A stretch of DNA of 64,000 nt, taken from contig JBHGNT010000011.1 in NCBI GenBank assembly GCA_043228905.1, positions 5,146,001 to 5,210,000 of the forward strand. Direction: 5' to 3'. The notes beneath the pieces were generated by a model. It had not been told where the DNA came from. It did no database searches and saw only the letters and a list, made by a program, of their open reading frames with translations. Positions 36,327 through 48,509 of this stretch are shown here, one piece after another. This DNA is from Azolla caroliniana. Lineage: Eukaryota > Plantae > Polypodiophyta. The number at the start of each line of letters is the position of its first letter. Within the stretch, counting starts at the first letter, position 1. The position numbers and the translations under genes are program-made.

Positions 36327-39300
36327 TCATGACACTATCCCCCCTTTAAAACGACGAGTGTCACCAGTTGTCTTGGATTGAGGACCCGGTTTGTGTGGAT
36401 ATTGACGATGGAAGTCTTCAAGAAGAGCACAAGCATTGGTCACATTCTCGATCGGTTCCCAAGTACGTTCGTTGGGACTATAGCCTAGCCAATCGACTAG
36501 ATAGTAGAGCTTGTTGCGAACAATCTTGGAATCAAGGATGGCGGCAACCTCGTACTCCGGCCCATCTTCAAGCTCGATCGGGGGTGGAGGTTGGATAAGA
36601 CGTCCTGGGATGGTGCTCTCGTGGTAGGGTTCGAGGAGAGAACTATGAAACACTGGATGTATCCGAAGTTGAGGAGGTAGATCGAGACGAAAAACGACAT
36701 CATTAATTTGTCCAATAATACGGAAAGGACCTAATCGCCGATAATCCACCTTCTCACATGGGCGAGTAGTCTTGATGTGTCATCTTAGCAGCCACACCCG
36801 ATCTCCAATATTAAAACTGGATGGAAGTCGATGACGATCCGCGTAGACCTTGTGTGTTTGTTGAGCTTGCTAGAGATGAGTAGATAAATCCGCTTGCATC
36901 TTGCGTAACCGCTCCAAACGATCCTCCGCGCACGGATTTGTGGACACCTCTGGGGTTTCAAGTGCACTCCACCGGGGGTGACATCCCGTATAAGCATAAA
37001 ATGGCGTAAATTTAGTGGATGCGTGGATAGAGTTGTTATAGGCAAATTCGGCGAAGTGGAGAATATCTGCCCAGTCGTCCTAATGATAACTGAGAAAGCA
37101 CCGCAGATACTGCTCCAGCGTTTGATTTGTTCGTTCAGCTTGGCCGTCGGTTTGTGGGTGGTAGCCGGAGGAGAGGTTACAAGAGACCTTGAGCATGTTA
37201 AAAAGGTGCTTCCAGAATTTTGACACGAACTGGGGTCCACGGTCGCTAATGATACTATCGGGAAGTCCATGATGCCGACATACTTCACACATGACAATTT
37301 CGGCAGTGTCTTCACTGGAGATCTCCTTAGTACATGGCAAGAAATGAGCCATCTTTGTGTATCGATCGACCACCATTAGAATCGCATTGAACCCCTTAGA
37401 GACTGGAAGATCTGTGATGAAGTCTAGAGCAATGGATTGCCACGGCTTGCTTGGAATTGGTAATGGTTCTAATAAACCATATGGATGATGCCTTGGCATT
37501 TTCACTCTGCAACATGTATCACAAGTCCGAACAAAATCCTCGACAAATTGTCGCATACAGGGCCACCAGAATGATCGTTGTACTAAATGTAATGTTTTAG
37601 TACTACCAAAATGCCCAGTTGTATATGTGTCATGACAGTTTTGAACTACTCGAAGGCGGCAAGAACCATTAGGAACATACAAAAGTTCTTTAAAGAAGAG
37701 TAATCCATCATGGTATTTGAATTGCCGATAGTCCGTACCTAGTGGTTGCGACTGTGAACACGATGCTCGAGAGGGATCAATTTGTGCTAGTATAGCTTGG
37801 GCGAACGCATCTGTCTTCAAGTCTTCACGTATGGTATTGATAACGCGGGAATCCATGGGCATGTCAAAGATCTGTGTTGCTTGTAGTCGTGCCGGTCCCA
37901 AGATGACTTGTTTTTGGTTATCGAAAGTTGGCTCGCCGGGACGAGGTGCTAGATACGAATGTCGTGATAATGCATCTGCCTTCCCTTGGTGCTTCCCCGG
38001 ACGATATGTAATTTTGAAGTCAAAACACGTGAGGAAGTGGGCCCACCGAGCTTGACGTCGATTCAACACACGAGCATCCTGAAAGTAGGCAAGATTCTTG
38101 TGATCACTAAATACGGTGACTGGATGAGAGGATCCCTCCAGAAAATGCCTCCATTGCATAAAAGAATCCACTATTGCCAATAGCTCCTTATCATGAATTT
38201 CGTAGTTAATTTCGGCGGCGTCAAACTTGCGTGAGTGAAAAGCCACAGGATGTAGCCTCTCATAATTCCCCTGTTGTGATAGAATGCTCCCCAATGCAAA
38301 ATCCGATGCGTCAGCTTCGATAATGAATGCTTTTTCCGGATCAACATGAGCTAGAATTGGAGCCGATGTAAATGCCTTTTTAAGACTCTCGAAAGCCATG
38401 TCCGTTTCTTCAGACCAAATGAACGGTTGTCCCTTCCTGGTAAGTTGTGTGAGAGGTAGAACGATCTTTGAGTTATCTTGTATGAACTTCCGGTAAAAAT
38501 TGGCAAAGCCTAGGAAGCATTGCACATCCCGCACCGAACGCGGAGTCTGCCATTCTACCACCGTTTTGACCTTAGCTGGGTCCATGGAGATGCCTTCTGA
38601 CGAAATGATGTAGCCGAGAAATTCCACTTGGTTGCACCCGAAACTACATTTTTCCAGCTTTGCATACAGACCATGTTCTCGAAGTCGTTTTAGTACTAAT
38701 AGTACATGAGAATCATGTTCTTCTTGGGTCTTTGAATAAACCAGTAGATCATCCAAATAGATGATCAAACAATCATCCAATAGATCTCGGAATATATCAT
38801 TAGCCATGTGCTGGAAGACTGTCGGTGCATTAGTGAGGCCGAACGGCATGACCGTATACTCGAAGTGCCCATATCTGGTGCGAAACGCGGTCTTCCATTC
38901 GTGTCCTGGTCAGATCCGTACGAGGTTATATGCTCCCCGTAAGTCGATCTTCGTGAAGAACCTGGCACCATTGATCCATTCTAAAAGACTTGAGATAAGG
39001 GGAAGAGCATACCTATTCCTGATTGTAACCTTATTCAAGCCACGGTAATCTACAACGAGACGAAGCGATCCATCTTTTTTCTTGACGAAGAAAATGGGCG
39101 CGCCAGCTGGAGATTTCGAATGTCGAATGAAACCATTTTCCAAACTCTCCTCGATATAGGCCCGAAGGACTTCCAGCTCGGTTGGTGACAAATTGTAGAT
39201 CGGTCCCCATGGCGGCTCTTTTCCTGGTTGTAAATCGATGGGGCAATCGTACGGTCGATGATGAGGAAGTGTGTTGGTTTGTACTTTATCGAACACATCG

Positions 39301-39923
39301 GCGTAATGACGATACTTCTCGAGAAGTTGAACGGTGGATTCTTCTTTAGTGGTGCTGGAGGCGTTTACTTATATTGCGAAGAGGAACATTTCCTCCTCGC
39401 GCCCTTCTTTACGCAACTGACGTAGCGAAATGGTTGCCATCTTCTGAGTTGACCCTTGGGTTTGTCGACACCGGATTTCTCTTGTTCTCCAATCTATGTC
39501 TGGGTTATGTAACTCGAACCACGGTAATCCTAAAACTATAGGATGTTCTGGGATACTAATAATATTAAATGATACTACACATGCTAAGTTATCTAGGACA
39601 ATATTAATGGGCTCTGACTCTTCTATGATATTTCCGGAAGCAATGGGACGTCCATCAATGACTACTACAGAGGCTGGACACTGGAGTTTTCTTAGGGATA
39701 TCTTATGAGCTTGAGCAAATTTCTTATCCATAAAGCAAGAGTTAGCTCCGGAATCTAGGAGTGCTAGGACATGTACTGGAGGGGTACTTTTAGTACTAAC
39801 TATTACTTGGGCTACGAACACATCACTAACTTGCTTAGAGGGAATGGAACCACTAATGGGTTGCACAGATCTAGGGCTGTCCAACCAAACGGCTCCTATT
39901 TTGGCTGGACTTAGTCGTTTAAC
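36327..39923 (-). pseudogene. Chromovirus pol (PR-RT-RNaseH-IN-chromodomain), with stops and frameshifts
   Basis: LLDSGA, YLDDLL, ADASD, SDRGPQF, GPF..HPVFH, chromodomain EYEVAAILDSKIVRNKLYYLVDWLGYSPNERTWEP. Confidence 0.93.
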
Positions 39924-41071
39924 TCTTCTTCTAACTGACTAAGGACATCAAATTTGTTTGCTAGATTTGGGATATTAGTACTATTAGTACTATTAGGACT
40001 ATCAGATATCCCTACTGAAATAGGCTCGGATTTAGTACAATTAGAACTAGCGCCTATTTGGTTTACCTGTCTTCAAGGCCTATGGGGGTAATTTATTGTG
40101 ATATGTCCTGGTCCACCGCAGTAAAGACATAGTCGATTTGTACGGCGTCGCTGCTTTTCTTCTTCGGATAATGGCCCTCGACGACGTGTAGTGTCAATCT
40201 CCATCGGAGTCGGAGTATTCGCTGGAGGCGCATTATATGACTCCCTCGGAAAAGGTCTTGCTACCACTGAGGCGTAGGTGGGCTCTGATCTTGGCCTCGG
40301 CATCTGTAGCTGTCTTTCTGAACGTCGCTCAAAGAGGCGGTTGTCACATCTCACCGCGCGACTGATTGCTTCTGTTAAGGACTTTGGCTCTTCGGGGAAG
40401 GTCAAGAGTAAATCCTTGACGTCGTTGCATAAACCATAACGGAATTGCTCCATCAACGCTTGATCATCCCAAGGGATATCGGCAGCGAGTAGGCGAAAAT
40501 CTGCAGCGTATGCGGAGGCTAGACGGCCACCTTGGCGTAATCGCCGAATTTTGTTGATTGCAGTCCTGATGCTGTCAGTATCTCCGAAACATGCTTTAAA
40601 CTCACCTAGAAACTCTTCAAAATTGTTGAGTAACGGAGATTCCTTTTCTAATAGTGGAGTGAACCATGACAATGCTAAGCCACTTAACAAAGTGCCTACT
40701 AAACCCACTCGTGATGCATCGCTGGGATATCGGGAAGGATGCATTTGGATAACTAATCGTACCTGGTTAAGGAACCCTCTAAACTGCGATCGCATTCCAT
40801 CGAACTTCGTGGGAAGGCCAATCTTGGGTTCTTTATGAATCCCTTGTGTTCCGGGCCCTTGTTGTTGCATCGCTACGATGGTTGCTTCGAGTTGTTGCAC
40901 GCGTAACGCAAGTTCCCCATGCTGTTGTTGCGTTTGCTGCTTTTCTAAGGAGATTTGCTGAAGATCCCCCAGCAATCGTTCGTTTTCTTCTTCCAAAGCA
41001 TGGAACTTCTCTTTCAAGCATTGAAATTTCGAGAAAACAGATTGATATTCTTCAGCGCTAACAGTGGCCAT
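39911..41071 (-). pseudogene. Chromovirus gag
   Basis: ORF 40073..41071 (PTKFDG, LRQG, PMEID, CLYCGGPGH). The TGA at 40075-40073 looks like a CGA>TGA lesion; the frame continues to TAA 39913-39911. Confidence 0.88.
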
Positions 41072-43232
41072 GGGATGAAAGAAAAGAAGAATAAGAGATT
41101 AGTAGGAAATGAGAGAGATAGAAGGTTGGAAAATTGGTTCAAACGGTCAGGAACAGTATTGAGACAGAGAAGGAATTAGTACTAAACGAAGGATTAGTAC
41201 TATGAGAGGTGTGAGACGGAGAGAAAGAGAGAGAGAGTGATGATAAGAAAGATATGTATTATATGAAGAGAATATACAATGGTGGCTAAAAGGCTTAAGA
41301 CTGGCGTTGAACCAATTTGGTTCAACATAATGCCTAGTGCCCTCTTTTATAGTGTTTTCAAGAGTAATCCTGAAGCTTCTAGAATGTTCCAGAGAAATCT
41401 GGAATATACACTAATTTCCTATAATAAAATGTAAATGAAAATAATATCCTACGTATTACAATAGATGGTCTAATGGTCAAGAGCTTGACCCATATAACCT
41501 AAGGTCATGGGTTTGAGTCTTGCCATATCATGACACAATGGAGTAGTCCTTGGGGATACGCAGGTGTGTATCTTGCTCTATGCAGACGACATAGTTTTGC
41601 TCTCTGAATCCGAACACGACCTACAAAGGCACCTTAATGCCTTAGATGACTTTTGCACACAATGAGGATTGGTAGTGAATCTAGGGAAAACTAAAGTCCT
41701 TATCTTCCACACGTCAGCCCAAGTTAGAGCCAAGTGTCACCTAACTATCTCCCATAGCCCAGTTGAGGTGGTTGGATCATATGTCTATCTCGGAGTCACT
41801 TTCAGTGCCCGCTCAGGTAAATTTTCGATGACACAAGCAGCGAAGGATAGACTTACAAGAGGACATGCATCCCTCTCACTCCTCGAGAGACAATGCCACC
41901 AAGCATACTTCCAAGAGCCACGAACTAAAGGGTGGCACTTTGACTCATTAGTGACTCCCTCTCTCATGTATGCATCAACGGTTTGGGCTCCAAGACTACC
42001 ATCTTTCATGTGGACGCAATTAGAGAGACCATTGGTGATGATGTTATCACGCCAACTCCGAAGCAAATCGTCGGTCCCACATGACATTATTAGGGCTGAG
42101 TTCATTCTACCCCCTATGTTAGTAGAAGCACTTTTTCAACTTGTAGTTGTAGTCTTTATCCACAGGATACATAACCAACCACTTGATAGAATATCCCATC
42201 AAGCCTTTAAGGCTTCTCGAGCACTGTATGAGTCCGGCTATACTAGCTCATGGTATGGCATGATGGTGAGTTGGCTTCTTGCCAACGGTCTAGACATTAA
42301 TAACCTCCCCCCCCTTAAGTACGACCACACGACTGATAACACTTTAATCTCTCATGAGGACTGTAATAAAGTAATACGCCAAGAAATATGGCAAATTTAT
42401 ACTCGGTTTTATAACGCGACCAAGATATCTAGATGTATTCTAACCACATGCACTAAGGGTTGCCATTGGTCAACTTAGAATATCATCTCACCAAATCGAG
42501 ATTGAGAATGGACGTACTAATGGAGTCCCTAGGGAGGAAAGGATATGTAGGTTATGCCACATAGAGATAGAGGATGAGTACCATTTTACATGCAAATGCC
42601 CCACCTATGCCGAGATAAGGGCAAAATACCAAGACATACTTGGTTCCTCTCCCACCCTCCCTAAACTATTAGATACATTAGATATAAAGAAATTAGGTAG
42701 ATACATCTTAGAATGGAAACAACACAGAGAGAATAAGTTACAAAACGTTGATAATAATGTTACTAATGTTTACCAACATGTAACAAATGAAGTTTTTCCG
42801 GAACAGGGGGAGACAATGAATGTCAACACACCTGCACCACTTGGGCTTTTCCTTGATGAAGCAGAAAATCAAAGAAGAACCAAACGCCCTTGGATGCCGG
42901 GTTTCAAAGCAACTCGACGAGATGTAGAAGCAATAAAGAAAATAAGGGAACGTGAACTACACCGCCTAGAAGCCATGGCTAGGGCACTCTATGCATCGGG
43001 ACCATGGGTCACACCCACACCAAAAACTTTTGACCTCCCACTTCTTTTTGAGAGACTTGGGTGGAAATGAGATTAGGCTTAGTGCAAAGTTTTGTACACT
43101 ACTAGAACTCTCTTAGCTTAAGATATTTTCTTTTATTTTAGTTTTGATGATTGGATAAACACTCATTTTTGTTGTAAACCAATTGTCTCATGGGCCAAAT
43201 TTGGCCTTAGAAGACGTTAATATATCTTTCTT

Positions 43233-43236
<4 letters not shown>

Positions 43237-43275
<39 letters not shown>
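43237..43275. repeat. (CT)n microsatellite at the 3' junction of LINE F
   Basis: Direct read. Confidence 0.95.
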
Positions 43276-43278
<3 letters not shown>

Positions 43279-46200
43279 TCTATGTTTACCTAACTATCGT
43301 GTTTCTGAATAACCGACCGTGTACTATGTGTCTATCTCCTATGCTTCCGCACATGTATTCTTTTACATGGTATCAAAGTGCGAGGATTGAGAATCCTCTA
43401 TAGCCGACAAAGCGAACAAGACAAAGACAAGGTTTTTTGTCTTCTGGAAAAGACAGGAACATGGACAGAGGTATGGGGAGCAACTGCACTCTTGGTCATA
43501 CAAGATGCACTAGGCTCTACTCAGTCATGGATATTGGAGTTATGTGGAAGGAGCAAACAAGGTACCACGAAAGCCGACACACAGAGACTTCCCATCTTGG
43601 GAGCAAGAATCAAGTCGAGTCTTGTACTGCCTTGCCTCGTGCGTCCATGACTAGATGCTCGGGTACATAAGAGACACGATGTCACCGAATGATGCTTGGG
43701 GGAACCTGAAGAGGGTATTTGCCGCCAGCACCAAAACTCTTAAGTTGCAGCTCAGACCGGAGGTCAACAATATCCAACATAAGGATATGTCGGTAACTAA
43801 GTACACCACAGAGTGAAGGCGACGCAGATAGGCATCAGAGATTGCACTAAGTTGAAGGCTCAAGGCAAGCCGGACAAACCTTACCTTCATCATGAAGCAC
43901 AAAGCCAACTTGATGGCGGCAAGCACCTCGAAGTCGAACGAGGCGTTCAGAGTGTCGAACCACATGATGAATCATGAAGAATGGTTCTTTTATCTCAAGA
44001 AGCTAGAGCAGTCGAGAGTTGTCAAAACTGGCAATGACAACTCTCACCCCATGGATCATATCGGAGATGTCCCTCTAAGCCATGTTGGTCAGAGAGGAAT
44101 CATGAGAAATGTCTTGCATGTACCCACAATCACCAAGAACTTGTTGTCCGTCAGACAAAATGTCGACCAGGGCATACAAGTTCAATTTACTCACCTTGGG
44201 TGCTTCATAGAAGAAGAAGGCCAGATTATTGCGGAAGGGCGCCAAGAAGGGAGGATGTTTACCCTCGAGACAAATGGTTTCGGCACCGCCATGTTTGCCA
44301 AGGGGCAGAAAGTCGAATCAGATATTGACTTGTGGCACAAGAGGTTCAGTCATGTCAACTACCCACGGCTTCGGCAAATGTAAATGAAGAACATCGTTTT
44401 TCTCTTGCCAAAATTCAGTGGCCGAAAGGGCCAAGTCTACGGAATGTGCCAGATAGGGAAGCAACACCGACTTCCATTCTCCAACCAGTGTAATAGGAGT
44501 CAAAACATTCTCGATTTGATCCACTCGGATGTGTGGGGGTCGGCACAGAACTTGAGCATCGGTGGGAGTCATTACTTCGTAACCTTCATCAATTATGACT
44601 ACACTCGGCACATTTAGGCATGCTTGATCGAGAAGAAAAGCAAAGTTGTCTCTTGTTTCTTGAAGGTGAAGATCCTTGCCAAACGGGAGATAGGCCGGAA
44701 GATCAAGTTCCTTAGGACCGATGATGGAAAAAGTACTTTTCCGACCAATTCTCAAATTATTTGCAAAAGGAGGGAATCCGACAAGAATTCTCTTGCAGAT
44801 ACACAACAGAGCAGAACGGTGTGGCCAAGGGGAAGAATTGGATGATAGAGGAAGCAACGCGGGCAATGTTTGAGGAGAAGCATATGCCAAAGTTCCACTA
44901 GGCCAAAACGGTCAGAACAACCATTTACCTGCAAAATCAAACATCTGCTAATGCAAGAGTGTTGCCACATGAGCTATACTTCGGGAAGAAGCTGAACTTG
45001 GCACACTTGAGGGTGTTCAGCACCATAGCATATGTGCATGTGCCAAAGGAGAAACGGAGGAAGCTAGACACCAAATCCAAGAAGTGTATCTTGGTCGGCT
45101 ACTCGGATGAGCAAAAGGATTATAAGGGCTGTAAGTGTTATAACCCTCGATTGAAACAGTTCTGAGTCAGTTGAGATGTCGTATTCGATGAATCGTCTTC
45201 ATGGTACTTGTCTCCATCTCCAACCCGTGTTATCTCCATTCTGAATTCTGAGGATGAGGCTAGGGAGGCTGAGATACTCCTGGATGAAGAGGAAATTGGA
45301 ACTCTAGAAGAGAGTTTGATCTCATTTCGGCCCAGTGGGCCGAACGAGGGACTGAGTTGGAACAACCAGTTGGATGATAAGCCAACGAGTAGTGGAGACT
45401 CGGACGTGCAGTCCCCGTGTCAGAAGCTGAGGAGACTGCTTACACGCAAGGAGAAGGGGAAGATGAAGATGTCGGAATACGGCACAAAGGCCAGTGCATC
45501 GGATCAGAGTGAACTCGACACAACGAGGAGCCAGGTCGAATTGGCCAAGAGGGCCTTGAAATCAGCCAACTAGAGGTTGTGTCGATCCACCTGCCAGAAG
45601 AACCCCATGATCCTGTGTGGGTACAATGAGTATATGGCGCACATGACTATTAATATATGGCGAAGGTGGTGGAAGTGGGTGAGCCAGAGAGCTACACAAA
45701 AGTGGCGAAGGATGCGAATTGGCGTGCCGCTATGGAGGAACAAATGCGTGCATTGACAAAAAACGAGACCTGGGACTTGGTTGACGCCCCCAAGGGTGTA
45801 AAGATGATCGGATGCAAATGGGTGTACAAGGTAAAGTACAATGTTGATAGCTCTGTTAAACGATACAAAGCCCCATTGGTGGCAAAGGGCTATCCATAGC
45901 AACACGACATTGATTATGATGACACGTTTGCACCAGTCGCAAAGATGACGACCGTCCGTGTTTTGCTAGCGGTAGCTACGACAAAGGGATAGCATTTGCA
46001 CCAGATGGCGTCTGTGTTCCTGCAAGGGTAGCTTGAAGAACAAGTATACATGGTGCAGCCTCTCAAATTTCAGTCTGGTTCAACCGAGATAAGAAACTTG
46101 TCCCTTTACAGTCTAAAGCAAGCCCGCGTGCATGGAATGCGCAGATCATGCAGAGGTTGCATAAGATGGGGTTTGCTCTATCGAAGTCAGACTTTTCATT

Positions 46201-47298
46201 ATTCATTTGGTAGAGACGAACTGAACCGATTAGAATTTTGATATATGTCGTTGATTTAGTCATCGCCGGTGCCGATCTCGAAGAAATTGGCCAAGTCAAG
46301 TCTCAACTTGCAACATCGTTCGAAATGAAGCATCTGGGGGACCTTCATTACTTCTTCAGGATCGAAGTGATCCACACCAACGAAACCATACTGATCAGCC
46401 AAAGACATTATGTGTTGAGTATGCTCTTCAAATTCGGAATGATGTATTGTAAATCCATTGCAACTACCCTAGATCAAAATGTTAAGCTTCGCCAAGGCTT
46501 GGGAAAGGCATGCGACCCGACACAGTTCCAACAGGTACTCGGAAACCTTATCTATTTGACTATCACTCAACCGAACCTTAACATCTGGTTGGTTTAGTGA
46601 GCACAACCGACCATGGAACACCTTCAGTGTGTAGAGGATATTGCGATATGTCAGCGGCACTAAAGATTGGGCGTTGTTGTATCGGGTTGGGGTAACTGAA
46701 CAATTAATCGGCTACACAGATGCCAACTAGGCTGGAAATGCCAGTAATCATAGGTCAACATTAGGGTTTGCATTTTCATTGGGAAGCACCGTGATCTCCT
46801 GGCATAACAAGAAGTAGAAGAAGGTTGCATTGTCAAGGACTGAGGCTGAATATCGCAGAGCCGCTATCGTTACATGCGAAGCCATATGGCTCAAGAGGCT
46901 TTTGAAGGATCTGCATGTGTACGTGTCGGAACCAACAATGATATATTGTGACAACCTCAACAGCATCCAACTACCAAAGAACCCCATCTTCCATGTTCAG
47001 ACCAAGCACATTGAGGTGCACTATCAGTTTGTCTATGAGTGAGTCCTCTCTGGTAACATGGAACTCATATAGGTTCCAACAGATTGGTAAGTAGCTGATA
47101 TCTTCACCAAACCTCTCAGCCTAGACAAGTTGCGGCATTTTTCGAGCATGTTTGGTCTACAACACCTCAACATGCAGAACTTGAGGGAGAGGAGTGAAGC
47201 TGGAAAGATGGAGAGATATGATGTCCAAGGATCTCAATCGAGTGAAGAATTTGACGTCAAAATCACTGAAAAAGTCAGCATGTCCGGATCAGCTGGAG

Positions 47299-48500
47299 AA
47301 GTGGAAGGATCGCGCATAAATGGAAGGATAAGGAATATTCCATTTGATTTGAGTACTTTTTCAATGATATTACAAAACACATTGATACCAGTATCATACA
47401 TTCTCAAATATACTATGAAAAAGGTTAAAAATCCACCATTTTCGTGATTTAAAAATAAAATAAAAAAGTGAAATTTCAAAAAGTTACATTCTCAATTTAT
47501 ATCACAAACTTTACAACCAATGTTTTTTTATAAGAAACAATATTCATAGCAATCGAAAGAATTCAAAACAAATGCTTTTATATTACTCAATTTGTTACAA
47601 GCGGAAGGTAGTTACACTTAATAGCTAAAAATACATTCATGATCGCTCCTTTATGGAGAATCACTACTATAACTAATATACAATGAGCATTTATCGTCGT
47701 CATCCTCGGATGTACCAATAAATGCATTATCTTCATCATAAACCAAATGGTGTGACTCTAGATTATGTGCAGCAGATCTCGTTGGCCTTCAACTCAAGCC
47801 ACCTTGTAGACCTGGTAATTTTTCTTTCATTATATCTATTGTTGACTTTAAACATCCATCTTTTGTAAGCGTGAATTCGTACACGATGATATCCACATCA
47901 GAGATATCAAGGGTCGAGGTGTTACGAATGTTTCGTTTCCTCTTCCTACTTCCCCTTGTTGTTGGGCATTCAATCATCTCCAATGTATAATTACCGTAAA
48001 AGCATTTTCACTTCTAGTCTTGTACCAATACACTTTTATAGACTTGATTGTGTTTTCTATTTCATGCATTAGCACTTCTAGAATTTTACCAATCCAAAAT
48101 TGGTGGTCTTGTGATTTGTCATCAGCAGGTGTTGCAATCAACATCCCCACTGCGAGCTCTTGCAAATTGCCTTGCCATCTACCTTCAGCTACTTTCGTCA
48201 TCCTTGGTCCCACATAAATGTCTCTTTGTTGTGGATGAACCAAACTGTCATTAATCGCATTAGTTGGTTGCTCCAGAGTTTTATTTACATGATCATGTTG
48301 TAGCGACCATGTGAATGGCATTTCCAAAGTCCGATTATCACCAGATACACAATTGTCAATAATTCTAAGTTTGTGTTTACAGTAGAGCTTTAAACACAAA
48401 CTCAATACGCCGTATCAAGTTTGTGTTTAGAAGGTCTATTGTAAACACCAAGTCGATATGCCATATCGAGTTTGTGTCGCCGTATCGAGTTTGTGTTCAA
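47299..48500 (-). mobile_element. Internally deleted second copy of the Sola-like transposon (terminus, 3' UTR, transposase C-terminus, palindrome array)
   Basis: Reverse complement matches 6085-6559 + 17398-17983 (IIDNCVS...DVDIIVYEFTLTK...SSDSP*); joins the palindrome array at ~48366. Confidence 0.9.
48367..48497. repeat. Variant palindrome array AAACACAAACTCGATACG(C)CGTATCGAGTTTGTGTTT
   Basis: Centres at 48410 and 48461 (51 bp apart) plus half copies at 48367-48379 and 48478-48497. Confidence 0.85.
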
Positions 48501-48509
48501 AGTAGACCT

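Larger units (their letters stand above)
35895..41535 (-). mobile_element. Ty3/gypsy chromovirus E (Tcn1/Tf1-sushi-like) inserted in LINE F RT
   Basis: LTRs 35895-36334 and 41145-41535; TSD CAATG; PPT AAAGGGGGGATAG next to 36335; order gag-PR-RT-RH-IN-chromodomain. Confidence 0.95.
31801..43240 (+). mobile_element. Near full-length non-L1 LINE F (RTEX/L2-CR1-like), interrupted twice
   Basis: GC-rich 5' UTR; ORF1 32229-33752 (coiled coil, RRLNVRV, IYLDEDLT); ORF2 from 33789 (MTLWNCNG, LVETH, GDFNAR, QAGFR, GVKQGCPLSP, YADD at ~41580, C-terminal CRLC...EDEYHF..KCP); (TCTT)n tail. Clade assignment is tentative. Confidence 0.88.
31438..47200 (+). mobile_element. Old copia element H; 5' LTR split by LINE F, internal region 43368-47190
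   Basis: LTR end ...CTTTTACA 43367 followed by PBS TGGTATCAAAG; degenerate LWHKRF, IHSDVWG, CKWVYKVK, TKHIEVHY; PPT-like TTGAGGGAGAGGAG at 47181. Left LTR half (TATATAAA ~31666) lies before the (CT)n at 31750; its start is approximate. No 3' LTR seen. Confidence 0.7.
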
